NCBI GenBank assembly: GCA_050248455.1 | Contig: JBFWSI010000001.1 | Span: 1-33,302 of the forward strand | DNA from: Gammaproteobacteria bacterium | Lineage (GTDB): Bacteria; Pseudomonadota; Gammaproteobacteria; Ga0077536 | Reading direction: 5' to 3' | DNA length: 33,302 bases | Part shown: in pieces, positions 1-8,959 of the stretch | Layout of the letters: each line of letters starts with the position of its first letter | Numbering within the stretch: the stretch's first letter is position 1 | Notes under the pieces: generated by a model | The model's input: the letters and a program-made list of their open reading frames with translations, nothing else | What the model was told of the DNA's origin: nothing | The model's database searches: none | Position numbers and translations under genes: made by a program

Positions 1-140
1 GCTGGGACTGCCGTCTCGTGATGGACGGCCAGCCGAAAGTGCTGGAAGGCCTGGACTGCTACCACTACCGCGGCGATCGGATCGTCCGCAAGCTCGCCTA
101 CTGCAAGGCGAAGCAGCCGCGCTACACCGACGCGGCGTGA
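1..140 (+). CDS. 3' end of an unidentified CDS (start lies upstream of the window)
   Basis: Frame 3 is open from the window edge to TGA at 138-140 (WDCRLVMDGQPKVLEGLDCYHYRGDRIVRKLAYCKAKQPRYTDAA*). Third codon positions are GC-rich. It is absent from the ORF track because no start lies in the window. Product cannot be recognised from 45 aa. Confidence 0.45.
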   Translation, partial: WDCRLVMDGQPKVLEGLDCYHYRGDRIVRKLAYCKAKQPRYTDAA

Positions 141-176
141 CCACCGCGACACGCGCGTTCCGCGACCCGTGATCGC

Positions 177-386
177 GTACCCCGGATGCAGCGGAGCGAA
201 ACCCGGCATCTTCACGCACCGACACGCCCGATCCCGGGTTGCGCGCTGCGCGCTCCACCCGGGCTACGAACCTCGTGTGCCGCGTTCGATCTTCGTAGCC
301 CGGGTGCAGCGGAGCGAAACCCGGGATCTTCAACGGACCGAGACGCCGCATCCCGGCCTGCGCGCTGCGCGCTCCACCCGGGCTAC
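177..386. repeat. Two tandem copies (period about 118 bp) of a composite REP-like element; each is a forward 33-nt unit plus an inverted 37-nt unit
   Basis: Forward units lie at 177-209 (gtaccccggatgcagcggagcgaaacccggcat) and 295-327 (gtagcccgggtgcagcggagcgaaacccgggat). Inverted units lie at 231-267 and 350-386 (atcccgg..gcgcgctgcgcgctccacccgggctac). Each unit has two self-complementary CCCGGG cores. The last unit overlaps the stop codon at 383-385. Confidence 0.85.
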
Positions 387-1489
387 CTCCGGCCCGGATT
401 CCCGCCCAGCCCCGCCAGCACGCCGTCGCAGGCTTCGATGTTGCGCACGTGCACGTCGAGCATGTGGCGCAGATCGCCGGCAAGCTCCGCATCGCGCACG
501 CGCGGCAGCGCTTCGCGCAGCTTGCGCACGACCCAGCATTGGCCGCGATTGAGGAACGCGAGCTGCTGCAGATAATCGTCCATCGCGACGAGCTTGTCGT
601 AGAAGCTGCCCGTCACCTGCGTGGGCTCGGCGTGCAGGCGTTTCAGGTGACGGCTCAGCATCGCGCAGAACGAGGCCTCGTCGCGCGCGACGGCCTGCAG
701 CAGCGAATGGCCGTCTTCCACTTCCGCGCGCTTCGCCATCGTCGCGACGCCGCGGGCGCCCGCGCGCTCGGCGGTGAGCAGCTCGTTGAGCAGGGCGACG
801 ACTTCGTCGTCGCGCAGGAAACCCATGTAGGCGGGATCGACCGCGGCCATCTGGCAGGGTGAGGATGCGGGTTCGTGCATGAGAGACTCCTTGCGCTCGA
901 CGTCGAACCAGCCCTCCTCGGTGAGGATGCGATCGAGCGCGATGTCGTGGGCCTGGGGATGGATGGTGTCGAGCCGCGTGCACGCATAGCCGATGCCGAT
1001 GGTGAGGGGGCGCGGGGACAGCGCGGCGAGCGTGCGGTCGTAGTAGCCGCCGCCATAGCCGAGGCGATAGCCCGCGCGATCGAAGCCGACGAGCGGCACC
1101 AGCAGCAGCGTCGGCTGCACCCGCTCGTCCTGTGCCGGGATCGGGATGTCCCAGATCCCGCGCGCGAGCGGCTGGCCCGGCGACCATGCGCGGAACACCA
1201 TCGGCGCGCCCTTGGCGAGGACGACGGGCAGCGCGCCGATCGCGCCGCGCTCGGCAAGCAGCTTGATGCAAGTATGGAGATCGACTTCGCCCTTGAACGG
1301 CCAGTAGTAACCGACGCAGGCGATCGGCAGCGTGTCGGCGCCGTCGAGCAGGCAGCGGGAAATCGCGGCCTGGGCGGCGCGACGCCCGGCGTTCGACAGC
1401 GCGAGACGCCGTTCGATCAGCTCCTCACGCTGCGCGCGCCGCCACGCACGGACGCGCGGCCAGTCGTCGCTGTCGTGCATGCCACCCAT
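383..1489 (-). CDS. 5-formyltetrahydrofolate cyclo-ligase (MTHFS) fused in frame to a C-terminal helical domain of unknown function (DUF6306-like)
   Basis: The N-terminal half carries MTHFS hallmarks (YWPFKGEVDL, LLVPLVGFDRAGYRLGYGGGYYDRTL). There is no stop before the second module (LNELLTAERAGARG...FLNRGQCWVVRKL). I chose the start at ATG 1489 (MGGMHDSDDW) rather than the track start at 1606. That start would nearly abut the divergent gene at 1627 and adds an Arg/Pro-rich extension. The exact start is uncertain (1489 or 1480). Confidence 0.75.
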   Translation of the reverse strand: MGGMHDSDDWPRVRAWRRAQREELIERRLALSNAGRRAAQAAISRCLLDGADTLPIACVGYYWPFKGEVDLHTCIKLLAERGAIGALPVVLAKGAPMVFRAWSPGQPLARGIWDIPIPAQDERVQPTLLLVPLVGFDRAGYRLGYGGGYYDRTLAALSPRPLTIGIGYACTRLDTIHPQAHDIALDRILTEEGWFDVERKESLMHEPASSPCQMAAVDPAYMGFLRDDEVVALLNELLTAERAGARGVATMAKRAEVEDGHSLLQAVARDEASFCAMLSRHLKRLHAEPTQVTGSFYDKLVAMDDYLQQLAFLNRGQCWVVRKLREALPRVRDAELAGDLRHMLDVHVRNIEACDGVLAGLGGNPGRR

Positions 1490-1626
1490 GGGGCGAGTAT
1501 ACGGAAGCCGCCGCGGGCCCGCCCGCTTTCCCGGGGGCTTTCGGGAAAACGTCCGACACGGCGTCAGCCGCCGCGTGCGTCCGTATAATCGGGGCTCGAA
1601 CCACATTACTGCCGGGGGGAACCACC

Positions 1627-2790
1627 GTGTCCATTGCCGCCGTCGATCGATCTCTCCAGCAAGCCGTCGACGACGGCCTCGTGCCCGGCATCGTGGCCCT
1701 TGCCGCGACCGGCACGGGACTCTGTTACAGCGGTGCTTTCGGCAGCATGGGCCCGGGCGACGCGCGACCGATGCGCACGGACACGGTGTTCCGCATCGCC
1801 TCGATGACCAAGGCGATCACCGCGACGGCCGCGATGCAGCTCGTCGAGCAGGGCCGGCTGCGACTGGACCAGCCGATGAAGGAGATCGCCGGCGAGATCG
1901 GCGAGGCGCAGGTGCTCACGGGTTTCGACGCGAACGGCGCGCCGCAGCTGCGCGCGCCGCGGCGTGACGTCACGCTGCGCCACCTGCTCACGCATACCAG
2001 CGGTTATTCCTACGATCTCTTCAACGCGGACGTCGGCCGCTACATGGCGCAGGCCGGCCTGCCGTCGATCACCACCTGCCGCTACGATGCGCTGCGCGCG
2101 CCGCTGGTGTTCGATCCCGGCGAGCGCTGGGAGTACGGCATCGGCATCGACTGGGTCGGCCGCATCGTCGAGATCGTCAGCGGCCTCAAGCTCGACGCCT
2201 ACCTCCAGCAGCACGTATTCGATCCGCTGGACATGCGGGACACCAGCTTCGAGCCAAGGCCCGACATGCGATCGCGCCTCGTGCCCGCCGCCGCGCGCAC
2301 GCCGGAAGGCATCGTCGCCATCGACTTCGATTTCCCCAGCGACGCCGATTTCCACATGGGCGGCGGCGGCCTCTATTCGACGGGCCCCGACTATCTGCGC
2401 TTCACGCGCATGATTCTCGACGGCGGCGCGCTGGACGGCGCCCGCGTGCTGCAGGAGGAAACCGTGAAGCTGATGGGCCGCAATGCGATCGGCGACATCG
2501 AGGTGCCGCCCTTCGTCAGCGACAACCCGGCCGTCGCGCTGTCCGCCGAGCTCTTTCCCGGCCAGATCGCGAAGTGGGGGCTGTCCTTCGTCATCAACAC
2601 CGAGGACATTCCCGGCTGCCGCGCCGCGAACAGCCTCGCCTGGGCCGGCGTGCACAATACCTTCTTCTGGATCGATCCGACGCGCAAGCTGACCGCGGTG
2701 CTGTTGATGCAGATGCTGCCGGCGAACGATCCGGGGGTGCTGAAGACCTTGGTGGGATACGAGGCGACGCTGTACGCCGCCCTGAAGTAG
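1627..2790 (+). CDS. Serine hydrolase, beta-lactamase/esterase (class C-like, EstB-type) family
   Basis: 387 aa with a GTG start preceded by GGGGGGA. It has an SxxK motif in FRIASMTKAITA and a downstream YSY motif. Overall architecture fits penicillin-binding-protein-like esterases. Confidence 0.85.
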   Translation: MSIAAVDRSLQQAVDDGLVPGIVALAATGTGLCYSGAFGSMGPGDARPMRTDTVFRIASMTKAITATAAMQLVEQGRLRLDQPMKEIAGEIGEAQVLTGFDANGAPQLRAPRRDVTLRHLLTHTSGYSYDLFNADVGRYMAQAGLPSITTCRYDALRAPLVFDPGERWEYGIGIDWVGRIVEIVSGLKLDAYLQQHVFDPLDMRDTSFEPRPDMRSRLVPAAARTPEGIVAIDFDFPSDADFHMGGGGLYSTGPDYLRFTRMILDGGALDGARVLQEETVKLMGRNAIGDIEVPPFVSDNPAVALSAELFPGQIAKWGLSFVINTEDIPGCRAANSLAWAGVHNTFFWIDPTRKLTAVLLMQMLPANDPGVLKTLVGYEATLYAALK

Positions 2791-2823
2791 ACCGCTGCCC
2801 ACAACGACGAAGTAGGAGGTTCC

Positions 2824-3738
2824 ATGTCGATCGCGGAGCGCAGCGTCGGCGTCTTTCTGTATCCCGACAACTTCACCGGCCCGGAGCTCGCGGACGCGGC
2901 ACGGCGCATCGAGGCGCTCGGCTACCAGGCGATCTGGTATCCCGAGGTCTATTATTACGAGAGCTTCACGCTGGGCGGTTTCCTGTTGAGCCAGACCCAG
3001 CGCATCACCGTCGCGAGCGGCATCGCCAACGTCTATGGCCGCGATCCGATGACCTGTGTGCAGAGCGGACGCAGCCTGCGCGCCTTCCACGGCGAGCGCT
3101 TCGTGATGGGCCTCGGCGTATCGCACGAATCGATCGTCAGCGGCGCCCATGGCCATGCCTACGGCAAGCCGCTGACGACGATGCGCAATTACCTCGACGA
3201 CATGGCGCGTGCGCGGCCCCATCTGCTCGGCGAGGATCCGCCGCTGGTGCTCGGCGCCCTGGGCTGGAAGATGATCGAGCTCGCCGGCGAACGCACGCAG
3301 GGCGCGCACCCGTTCAACTCGCCGCCCGAGCACACGCGCCGCACGCGCGAGATCATCGGTCCCGACAAGTGGCTGTGCACGGCGCAGCACGTGTGCTGGA
3401 CCACCGACGCGAAGGCCGCGCGCGCCGCGGCGCGCAAGGCGCTGGAGTTCTACTTCGTCACGCCGAACCACTACCGCAACTGGCTGCGCCTCGGTTACAC
3501 GGAACAGGACCTCGCAGGCGGCGGCAGCGATCGGCTGATCGACGCGCTGGTCGCCTGGGGGACGGAAACGCAGATCCGCGACCGCATCCGCCAGCACTTC
3601 GATGCCGGCGCGACGCAGGTGATCCTGAACACGATACGCCTGCTGCCGCCCGAGTCGACGCCGAAGGTGCTGGCCTCCGGCGTGAATTACCAGTCGGTGC
3701 CCGACTGGGAAGCGCTGACGGCGCTGAAGCCTGCCTGA
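2824..3738 (+). CDS. Luciferase-like monooxygenase (LLM class flavin/F420-type oxidoreductase)
   Basis: 304 aa with RBS GTAGGAGG upstream of the ATG. The N-terminal pattern (GVFLYPDN...ELADAARRIEALGYQAIWYPE, ITVASGIANVYGRDP, MGLGVSH) is typical of LLM-class oxidoreductases. Confidence 0.8.
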   Translation: MSIAERSVGVFLYPDNFTGPELADAARRIEALGYQAIWYPEVYYYESFTLGGFLLSQTQRITVASGIANVYGRDPMTCVQSGRSLRAFHGERFVMGLGVSHESIVSGAHGHAYGKPLTTMRNYLDDMARARPHLLGEDPPLVLGALGWKMIELAGERTQGAHPFNSPPEHTRRTREIIGPDKWLCTAQHVCWTTDAKAARAAARKALEFYFVTPNHYRNWLRLGYTEQDLAGGGSDRLIDALVAWGTETQIRDRIRQHFDAGATQVILNTIRLLPPESTPKVLASGVNYQSVPDWEALTALKPA

Positions 3739-3754
3739 GCTCCGGAGTCCTCGG

Positions 3755-4168
3755 ATGAGTTTTCGCTACCGCACCCGCGTCCGCTACGGCGAATGCGATC
3801 AACAGGGCGTCGTCTTCAACGCCAACTACATGGTCTACATGGACGACGCGTCCGAGCAGTGGATCTCGAGCCTCGCGCCGGACGGCAAGTTCCAGTCGCT
3901 GGACTGGGACTGGATGGTCGTGCGCTCGGTGCTCGAATGGAAAGCGCCGGCGCACCACGGCGATCTCCTCGAGATCGAAGTCGGCATCGTGCGCTACGGC
4001 TCGACCTCCTTCGACATCGGCTACGTCGGCACGGTCGGCGACCAGCCGGTGTTCGCGGCGCGCGCGGTGTGCGTCAGCGTGAAACCGGTGACGCTGGAGA
4101 AGTGGCCGATTCCGGCGCATGTGCGGGAGAGACTGGGGGCGGTGATGGAGCTCGACGTGCCGGCGTGA
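3755..4168 (+). CDS. Acyl-CoA thioesterase, 4HBT/YbgC-like hotdog fold
   Basis: 137 aa. It begins FRYRTRVRYGECDQQGVVFNANYMVYMDDA, the canonical 4HBT N-terminal motif with catalytic Asp. It lies 16 nt downstream of the LLM gene. Confidence 0.85.
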   Translation: MSFRYRTRVRYGECDQQGVVFNANYMVYMDDASEQWISSLAPDGKFQSLDWDWMVVRSVLEWKAPAHHGDLLEIEVGIVRYGSTSFDIGYVGTVGDQPVFAARAVCVSVKPVTLEKWPIPAHVRERLGAVMELDVPA

Positions 4169-4371
4169 GGGGCCGCGATTAAGATCGATCCGAGGTTCAC
4201 TCCCAGGAGGGTCCCGCGCCCGACACTTCCGCTGTCACGCGTCCACGTCTCTGCGTGCCGGGCACTCACCCGCCGTCACTGGCGCTTGTCTTACAGACAT
4301 TGCGGGCGGATGCTTACACGCTGAAAATCTTCACGTAGTCGCCACGGGAGCGATTCATCATCGCCTGCGCC

Positions 4372-7191
4372 ATGTATTTGATCCCAGCCACCGCTCCCGG
4401 GGACTTCAACGGTCCCCTCACCGACGCGACGCGCCTCGCGGTGCTGCGCGCGACCGGGCTGCTGGGGCCCGAGCAGAATCCGGATCTCGACCGCTACGGC
4501 AACATCGCACGGCGCGTCCTGGACGTCGCCGCCTGCTACATCTCGTTCACCGACGACCGCGCCGTGTTCATCAAGAGCGCCGTCGAAGCGGCGGATCAGC
4601 CGCCGGCTCCCCTGCAGGAGCCGGCCGAGCCGCACATCAGCTGCGCCTACGTCGCCGTGACGGGCCGCCCGCTCGCCGTCCCCGATCTGCGCGAGGACCC
4701 GCGCTTCCGCCAGCATGCGCTCGATTCGACGCCGCACCTCGCCGCCTATCTCGGCGTGCCGCTGAAGGTCTGCGGGCAGTCGATCGGGGCGGTCTGCGTG
4801 ATGCACGACACCGTGCGGGAGTGGACGGCCGCGGAAATCGAGCTGCTGTCGGAGCTCGCCGACGCCGTCGGCAAGCTGATCGAAGTGGCGAGCAATGCGG
4901 AACTGTCGCGGCTGTCATTGGAGCGCACCGAGGGACGCCTGCGCCGCCTGGCGCTGGACGCGCCGCTCGTCGTGTTCCAGACCCTGCCGGACGGCTCGCT
5001 GCTCTACGCCAATCCCTATACCGAAGAGTTCGTCGGGCAGCCGCAGTCGCGCCTGCGCGGCATGGGCTGGGTCGACTTCGTCCACCCGGAATTCCGCGAC
5101 GACGCGCTCGCGCAGGTGCGGCAGGTCATCGAGACGGGCAAGGCCGGCGGCTTCGAGCTGCCCGTGCGCCGCGCCGACGGCGCCTTCCGCACGGTGCACG
5201 TCCGCGCCCAGCCCGTGCGCGGCGGCACGGGGGAAATCGAGTACTGGTCGGGCATCGGCATCGACGTCGAGGAGCGCAAGCAGGCCGAGGCCCAGATGCG
5301 CACGAGCCAGAACATGTTCCGGCTGGCGCTGGACGCGGGCCAGCTCGGTTTCTGGGTCTGGAACGTCGCGACCAACGAAGTGGCCTTCGACGGCCACTGG
5401 GCGCAGATCGTCGGCTACGAGCTCGACGAGCTGGCCGGCAATATCGACACCTGGATCGACCTGGTCCATCCGCAGGACATGCCGCGCGTGCAGGCAACGC
5501 TGAATGCGCATCTCGATGGCCGCACCGAATACTACGAAACGGAGCATCGCCTGCGTCATCGCGACGGCAGCTGGCGCTGGGTGCTGGATCGCGGGCGAGT
5601 CGTCGAGCGCACGCCGGACGGCCGGCCGCTGCGCGCGCTCGGCACGCATGCGGACATCACCGCGCGCAAGGAAGCCGAGCATGCGCTGCAGCGCTCCGAA
5701 GGCCGCCTGCAGCTCGCGATGGGCATCGCGGCGGTCGCGACCTGGGACAGCGACCTGGTCAGCGGGGTCACGCACTGGTCGAAGAGCTATCACACGCTGT
5801 TCGGGCTCGATACGGACACGCGCCCGCTGTGCCCGTCGATGCTGTGGCAGCAACTGGTGCCGGCAGAGGATCGCGAACGGCTGTTCGCCGAGTGGTCGCG
5901 CGCGGAACGCGAGCAGGACGTCTTCCGCTGCGAACATCGCATCCAGCGCCCGGAAGACGGGCGCCTGCTGTGGATGGACACGGCGGGCCGCTTCTTCTTC
6001 GATGCCCACGGTCGTGCCGAGCGCGTGGTCGGTGTCTGCGTCGACATCACCGAACGCAAGCAGTCGGAAGCCGTGCTGCAGGAATCGGCGCGGCGCAAGG
6101 ACGAATTCCTGGCGATGCTCGCGCACGAGTTGCGCAATCCGCTCGCGCCGATCGTCAACGCCGTCGAGTTGCTGCGCGGCGCCGCGGCCCGCGACGAGCA
6201 GGTGGCGAAGGCCCGCGCGATGATCGAGCGACAGACCAACCAGCTCGTGCACCTCGTCGACGATCTGCTCGACGTCTCGCGCGTCTCGCGCGGGCGCATC
6301 GTCCTGCAGAAGGCGCCGATCTCGCTCGGCGACGTGCTGTTGCAGGCCGTGGAGACGATGCGGCCGCAGATCGATGCGCGCGGGCATCGCCTCTCGTTCC
6401 AGCTGCCTGAGCGGCCGCTGCACGTCGATGGCGATTTCACGCGCCTGACCCAGGTCATCAGCAATCTGCTCAGCAACGCGGCGAAGTACACCGATGCCGG
6501 GGGGCACATCGAAGTCGCGCTCGAGGTGCGCGCGAGCGGCGACGACGAGCACGCCGTGATCCGCGTGCGCGACAACGGTCGCGGCATCGACAGCCACACG
6601 CTCAATCACGTGTTCGAGCTGTTCTTCCAGGCCGACAACAGCCTCGATCGAGCCGAAGGAGGGCTGGGCATCGGCCTGTCGCTGGTCAAGCGACTGGTCG
6701 AGAAGCACGGCGGGCGCGTCACGGTGCACAGCGCGGGGCGCGGACACGGCAGCGAGTTCGTCGTGCGGCTGCCGCTGCTGAAGGACCCGGTGCAGCCGGC
6801 GGCGCCGGCGCACGCACGAGCGGCATCCCCGCGGCCCGCGACGCGCATCCTGCTCGTCGACGACAATCGCGACGCGACCGACAGCCTGGCGATGCTGTTG
6901 CAGATGCACGGCCACGACGTGATCTCGGCCTACGAAGGCCGCAGCGCGCTCGATCTCGCGACGCGCGAGCAGCCATCGCTGATCCTCGTCGACATCGGGC
7001 TCCCCGACATCGACGGCTTCGAGGTCGCGCGCCGGCTGCGCGCCGATCCGCGCACCGCCGGCTCCACGCTGGTCGCGCTCACGGGCTACGGTCAGCCCGA
7101 GGACAGAGAGAAGTCGAGAGACGCCGGCTTCGATCACCATCTCGTCAAGCCGGCGGCGGCGGACGTGATCCTGGGGCTCGTGACCGGCTGA
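4372..7191 (+). CDS. Soluble hybrid sensor histidine kinase: GAF, three PAS/PAC modules, HisKA, HATPase_c, REC
   Basis: 939 aa. GAF-like N-terminus (PDLREDPRF...LGVPL). Three PAS/PAC repeats (YWSGIGIDVEERK, RWVLDRGRVV...THADITARK, VVGVCVDITERK). H-box EFLAMLAHELRNPLAPI. N/G boxes (NLLSNAAKYT, GGLGIGLSLV). C-terminal receiver (ILLVDDNRD...LILVDIGLPDIDG). No hydrophobic TM segment seen. Confidence 0.9.
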   Translation: MYLIPATAPGDFNGPLTDATRLAVLRATGLLGPEQNPDLDRYGNIARRVLDVAACYISFTDDRAVFIKSAVEAADQPPAPLQEPAEPHISCAYVAVTGRPLAVPDLREDPRFRQHALDSTPHLAAYLGVPLKVCGQSIGAVCVMHDTVREWTAAEIELLSELADAVGKLIEVASNAELSRLSLERTEGRLRRLALDAPLVVFQTLPDGSLLYANPYTEEFVGQPQSRLRGMGWVDFVHPEFRDDALAQVRQVIETGKAGGFELPVRRADGAFRTVHVRAQPVRGGTGEIEYWSGIGIDVEERKQAEAQMRTSQNMFRLALDAGQLGFWVWNVATNEVAFDGHWAQIVGYELDELAGNIDTWIDLVHPQDMPRVQATLNAHLDGRTEYYETEHRLRHRDGSWRWVLDRGRVVERTPDGRPLRALGTHADITARKEAEHALQRSEGRLQLAMGIAAVATWDSDLVSGVTHWSKSYHTLFGLDTDTRPLCPSMLWQQLVPAEDRERLFAEWSRAEREQDVFRCEHRIQRPEDGRLLWMDTAGRFFFDAHGRAERVVGVCVDITERKQSEAVLQESARRKDEFLAMLAHELRNPLAPIVNAVELLRGAAARDEQVAKARAMIERQTNQLVHLVDDLLDVSRVSRGRIVLQKAPISLGDVLLQAVETMRPQIDARGHRLSFQLPERPLHVDGDFTRLTQVISNLLSNAAKYTDAGGHIEVALEVRASGDDEHAVIRVRDNGRGIDSHTLNHVFELFFQADNSLDRAEGGLGIGLSLVKRLVEKHGGRVTVHSAGRGHGSEFVVRLPLLKDPVQPAAPAHARAASPRPATRILLVDDNRDATDSLAMLLQMHGHDVISAYEGRSALDLATREQPSLILVDIGLPDIDGFEVARRLRADPRTAGSTLVALTGYGQPEDREKSRDAGFDHHLVKPAAADVILGLVTG

Positions 7192-7217
7192 ACGGTGGCG
7201 GATACCCCGTCGATTCG

Positions 7218-7703
7218 TCACAGGTAATAGGCGGTGACGAACACGCCGATCATCGTGAACACCAGCGCCACCTTCAGCGCGGCGCCGACGAGGATCCCGA
7301 GCCAGGTGCCGATGCCGACGCGGCCGGCATGCAGCAGGTCGCCGTGACTCAGGAACTGCCCCGCCGCCGCGCCGACGAAGGGGCCGAACACGAGTCCCGG
7401 CAGGCCGAAGAAGATGCCGACCACGGTGCCGATCGCCGCTCCCCACAGCGCCTTGCCGCTCGCGCCGACGCGTTTCGCGCCGAGGGCGGTGGCGAGGATG
7501 TCGACGACCACGGTCAGCGCGGTGAGCACGCCGATGATCGTCAGGGTCGGGAACACGCTGACGCGCTCGAAGTCGTCGATCCAGGCCGCCAGCACGAGCC
7601 CGACGAAGACGAACGGCGGGCCCGGCAGCGCCGGGAAGATCACGCCGGCGATGCCGACGACGACGAGCACGACGACGAGCAGCCACAGCAGGATCGACGT
7701 CAT
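7218..7703 (-). CDS. DUF456 family integral membrane protein
   Basis: 161 aa, almost entirely hydrophobic/Gly-rich helices (LLWLLVVVLVVVGIAGVIFPALPGPP..., GPFVGAAAGQF). This pattern is characteristic of DUF456. It starts 37 nt downstream of the PhoX-like gene. Confidence 0.8.
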   Translation of the reverse strand: MTSILLWLLVVVLVVVGIAGVIFPALPGPPFVFVGLVLAAWIDDFERVSVFPTLTIIGVLTALTVVVDILATALGAKRVGASGKALWGAAIGTVVGIFFGLPGLVFGPFVGAAAGQFLSHGDLLHAGRVGIGTWLGILVGAALKVALVFTMIGVFVTAYYL

Positions 7704-7740
7704 GCGCCGGCAGCTCCGTGGTCGCGCGCTCGCATGGCCG

Positions 7741-8880
7741 TCACGACGCCCCGCGCAGGAAGGGTCCGCGCACTTCGAAGCTCATGCCGGTCTCGCCGTC
7801 GCGGCCACGCTGCGAGGAAAAGTAGAGCCGCGTGCCGTCCGGGCTGAAGGCGAGGCCCGTCAGCTCGGACTCGTCGTGGCCGACGAGCTGGACGAAAGGC
7901 GCGATGACGGGTACGGCGCCCACCGGCGAGAGCAGCACGATTTGCATGTCGTCGTCGTCCTCGGCGACGAACACCTGGCGCGAAGCAGGATGCGTGGTGA
8001 GATTGTCGGGACTGCGCAGCAGGCCCTGCGAGCGCGCGGCCTCGTAGTGCACGGCCAGTGTCTCGCGGCGCGTGTCGTAGGCCCACACGCGGTGATCCGC
8101 AGTCGTGCTGAAATACACCGTGTCATGCGCGAACCACGCACCCTCGCCGCGCAGGAAGGAGCGCGTGAGCGGGTCGCGCGCGGGCCCCGTCGCCGGTGCC
8201 GCGCGCCAGCTGACGCGCCCGTCGTTCGCGACTTCCGCCGCCTCCAGCGTGCCCGCACTCAAATCGCCGCGTGCGGCAGGCCGAAAACGATAGAAACGTC
8301 CGTCGTACCGATCTTCGGTGAGATAGACGAAATCCGTGCTTGGATCGACCGCCGCCGCCTCGTGCTTGAAGCGGCCTAGCGCGGGCCGCACGACGCCCTG
8401 CCCCGGCGCGAACGGATTGCACTCCCACACCTGTCCGGCGCCGATTTCCTCGCAGGACAGCCAGGTGCCCCAGGGCGTCGGTCCGCCCGAGCAGTTGAAC
8501 GACGTGTCGTGAAGGATGCGATACGCATCGACGACTTCACCGTCGGCCGCGAAGGACAGCACGCCGACGCCGCCGCCACCGTCGTCGACTTCCGAATTCG
8601 ACACATAGACCCAGCCGCCGCCCGTCGCGCGTGCAAACACGGCTCCGCCATCGGGGGCGGCGTGCCAGCGCTGGCCCGTGCCGCGCACGCGCTCGCCCGT
8701 CGTCGCGTGCTGACGCGCGGTGAAGCCGGCCGGCTCGCGCACGCCGTGAGCATCCGGCGCGCCGAGCGGGCCGTAAGGGCCTGCGCCCGGCGTGCTCTCG
8801 GCGCCGGCCGCGCGCCACAGGGCGAGCGCCGCCGCAGTGGCGCTGCAGCGGCGAAGGAAGCGACGGCGATGGACATTCAC
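7741..8880 (-). CDS. Secreted PhoX/DUF839-family beta-propeller protein (putative phosphatase) with a Tat signal
   Basis: Re-called to GTG 8880 (VNVHRRRFLRRCSATAAALALWRAAGA, a twin-arginine signal). It carries the family motif NCSGGPTPWGTWLSCEE. The 507-aa track ORF runs through the next gene and is over-extended. Confidence 0.8.
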   Translation of the reverse strand: MNVHRRRFLRRCSATAAALALWRAAGAESTPGAGPYGPLGAPDAHGVREPAGFTARQHATTGERVRGTGQRWHAAPDGGAVFARATGGGWVYVSNSEVDDGGGGVGVLSFAADGEVVDAYRILHDTSFNCSGGPTPWGTWLSCEEIGAGQVWECNPFAPGQGVVRPALGRFKHEAAAVDPSTDFVYLTEDRYDGRFYRFRPAARGDLSAGTLEAAEVANDGRVSWRAAPATGPARDPLTRSFLRGEGAWFAHDTVYFSTTADHRVWAYDTRRETLAVHYEAARSQGLLRSPDNLTTHPASRQVFVAEDDDDMQIVLLSPVGAVPVIAPFVQLVGHDESELTGLAFSPDGTRLYFSSQRGRDGETGMSFEVRGPFLRGAS

Positions 8881-8959
8881 GGCGTGACGAGCGGCGGCAG
8901 GATCGGAGCAGGTTCCGAACGCATGATAGCGCACAGGTTCGCGCCGCGAGGCGACCTCT

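Noticed and set aside
169-575. Small ORFs translating REP units (for example MQRSETR..., MERAARNPG... at 169-575, 9954-10565, 13275-13598 and 13460-13681)
   Set aside because: They are built from the palindromic repeat units themselves, so the same peptide-like strings recur wherever the repeat occurs. They have no RBS and sit in intergenic positions.
383-1606. Alternative reading of the 407-aa ORF as two separate genes (MTHFS plus a DUF gene starting at MHEP... or MAAV...)
   Set aside because: There is no stop codon between the two modules in this frame, so the upstream product must read through. A separate internal start cannot be excluded, but it would not remove the fusion protein.
4915-7686. 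923-aa minus-strand ORF, and similar long antisense ORFs at 1606-3597 (-), 18019-20505 (+), 21488-23032 (+), 23036-24058 (+), 11786-13321 (+), 13507-14841 (+) and 32126-33199 (+)
   Set aside because: Each lies opposite a gene with strong family signatures and translates to Arg/Ala/Pro-rich sequence without motifs. They are explained by GC3 bias suppressing stop codons on the opposite strand.
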